A stretch of 64,000 nt of DNA from an uncultured Bacteroidales bacterium (GTDB lineage Bacteria; Bacteroidota; Bacteroidia; Bacteroidales; UBA4417). The position numbers and the translations under genes are program-made. The stretch spans positions 592,876 to 656,875 of the forward strand of contig CAWDHU010000015.1 of NCBI GenBank assembly GCA_963802185.1, read 5' to 3'. Of the stretch, positions 62,516-64,000 are shown one piece after another; position 1 is the stretch's first letter, and every line of letters starts with the position of its first letter. The notes under the pieces were generated by a model. It was given only the letters and a program-made list of their open reading frames with translations, ran no database searches and was not told the DNA's origin.

Positions 62516-64000
62516 ATGCCCACACGCCAATATATTGAAACTTTCCGAAATACTATTCTGCCTGCCACGCTGAACAGCTATTCTGCCATTTTCTTTTTCA
62601 ATAATAAGATTTTAGCAGCTGTAATACTACTGGTAACTTTTTTTAACTTTTTTGCCGGGTTGAGCGGATTAATTGCAGTTCTGGTAACGGTTCTACTTGC
62701 CAATTCCATGGGCCTGGATAAGATCCAGCTTAAAAACGGGATTTATAGTTTCAATGCATTATTAACTGGATTGGGGATAGGGACATTCTTTGATCCCGGC
62801 TATGTTTTTTTTAGTTTATTATTGTTGGCTGCTTTGTTAACGCTTCTTCTCTCAGTTACATTAAGCGGCTGGCTGGGTAAAAATGGCTTGCCTTTTCTGA
62901 GTATACCTTTTGTGCTTGCATTTTGGTTTATCGTCCTGCCATCTTCACAATTCGAAAACCTTGGATTGACTCAGCGTAATATATTCTGGATTAACGAAGT
63001 ATATGCCATTGGTGGGAATTCATTGCTTTCTTTATTCCAAACCATTGATACACTTCCGATTCACAAAATGCTTGATATCTACCTTCGGTCGATGAGCTCG
63101 ATATTTTTTCAGAGCAACCTTTTTGCTGGGATAATCTTATCAATAATCCTGTTGATAAGTTCGAGGATTGCATTTTCTTTATCAATTCTGGGATTTCTTA
63201 CAGCATATCTGTTTGCACAATTCTCAGGCTCAGAAGCTGCAAGTATTACATATTACAATATCGGAGCCAACTATATAATGGTAGCAATAGCTGTAGGAGG
63301 ATTTTTTATTATACCTTCCGGTTATTCGTATTTGTGGAGCGTATTGCTGGTCCCACTAACTTCACTGGTGCTGCTTTTTATGAGTAAGTTGTTCGGATTT
63401 ATTCAATTGCCGGTTTTTTCACTTCCTTTTTCGTTTGTGGTAATCTTGTTTGTCTATTTTCTGAAGTTGCGGATAAATCCTTCAAAATTGAAACTGACGC
63501 CTATTCAATATTATTCACCCGAAATAAACCTATACACCTATAACAATAACAAAGACAGAATGTCTCATTTTCTGTATTTCCCTTTTTACCTTCCTTTTTG
63601 GGGCGAGTGGACTGTAACCCAGGGACATGATGGAGAATATACTCACAAAGGTGATTGGGGAAAAGCTTTCGATTTTATGATTAAGGATGACAAATTGAGA
63701 ACTTATGCATCGAATGGATTGTTGTGTGAGAATTACTACTGTTACAACAAACCCGTTCTGGCACTTGCCGATGGCATAGTGGAGGATATTATAGACAATG
63801 TTGACGACAATGAAATTGGCAAAGTAAACACCTTAAACAATTGGGGGAATACAATCATTATCCGACATTTGCCTGGGCTTTATACCCAGATATCACATCT
63901 GAAAAGAGGATCTTTTAAGGTTGCAAAAGGTGAATTTGTGAAACGTGGCGATTTGCTGGCTGCCTGTGGCAATTCAGGTCGATCGCCTGAGCCCCATCTT
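62516..64000 (+). CDS. Urea-transporter-like (UT family) membrane domain fused to an M23 (LytM) metallopeptidase domain. The 3' end lies outside the window.
   Basis: This ORF is absent from the supplied track because it has no stop. I translated 495 codons by hand without meeting a stop. Two UT-like half-repeats are present (SAIFFFNNKILAA...GIYSFNALLTGLGIG and SSIFFQSNLFAGI...YNIGANYIMVAIAVGG). M23 motifs follow: HKGDWGKAFDF (HxxxD) and GNSGRSPEPHL(H). Confidence 0.75.
   Translation, partial: MPTRQYIETFRNTILPATLNSYSAIFFFNNKILAAVILLVTFFNFFAGLSGLIAVLVTVLLANSMGLDKIQLKNGIYSFNALLTGLGIGTFFDPGYVFFSLLLLAALLTLLLSVTLSGWLGKNGLPFLSIPFVLAFWFIVLPSSQFENLGLTQRNIFWINEVYAIGGNSLLSLFQTIDTLPIHKMLDIYLRSMSSIFFQSNLFAGIILSIILLISSRIAFSLSILGFLTAYLFAQFSGSEAASITYYNIGANYIMVAIAVGGFFIIPSGYSYLWSVLLVPLTSLVLLFMSKLFGFIQLPVFSLPFSFVVILFVYFLKLRINPSKLKLTPIQYYSPEINLYTYNNNKDRMSHFLYFPFYLPFWGEWTVTQGHDGEYTHKGDWGKAFDFMIKDDKLRTYASNGLLCENYYCYNKPVLALADGIVEDIIDNVDDNEIGKVNTLNNWGNTIIIRHLPGLYTQISHLKRGSFKVAKGEFVKRGDLLAACGNSGRSPEPHL

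Overview
A chromosomal segment from a Bacteroidota genome. Four lines of evidence support this assignment. First, it carries type IX secretion (T9SS) type A and type B C-terminal sorting domains and a PorP/SprF gene. Second, TAnnTTTG -7 boxes stand in place of Shine-Dalgarno sites. Third, Gln follows almost every predicted signal-peptide cleavage site. Fourth, the gene order rsfS-ftsH-cdsA-psd is present. I found no rRNA, tRNA, CRISPR array, transposase, integrase or phage gene.

Layout:
- 1-13.5 kb: housekeeping genes (Fe-S oxidoreductase, birA, rsfS, ftsH, cdsA, psd, HAD nucleotidase, SPFH protein, alpha/beta hydrolase).
- 14.4-36.7 kb: an accessory cell-surface locus. It starts with one gene of about 16.3 kb (about 5,440 aa once a 1-nt frameshift is bridged) for a SprB-like repeat adhesin. 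Next comes a secreted 354-aa protein, then a 1.29-kb stretch with no credible ORF, then a tight operon of a 237-aa protein, a 563-aa type-B-CTD protein and PorP/SprF.
- 36.9-54.6 kb: two two-component systems, a radical SAM protein, a POT transporter, outer-membrane proteins, gyrB and a CBM9/DUF5916 protein.
- 54.6-64 kb: accessory-looking. It holds a MITE-like inverted-repeat element, a lipoprotein capped by poly-Gly/Lys tracts, and a loose cluster of a PqqD-like protein, a T9SS cargo, an ATP-grasp ligase, a DUF2202 protein, a type III PLP decarboxylase and a Cys-rich mini-protein. It ends with a urea-transporter/M23 peptidase fusion that runs off the window.

Most worth a second look:
- The CTD-less giant adhesin and its partner operon.
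- The 4 x 852-bp near-identical in-frame supra-repeat inside that gene.
- The GC-normal 1.29-kb non-coding gap, which contains a 48-nt perfect purine/pyrimidine-alternating tract.
- The PqqD/ATP-grasp/decarboxylase cluster.
- Three single-base frameshifts, one of them in essential ftsH. These more likely reflect assembly errors than biology.

All protein-family calls come from motifs I recognised by eye. No searches were run.
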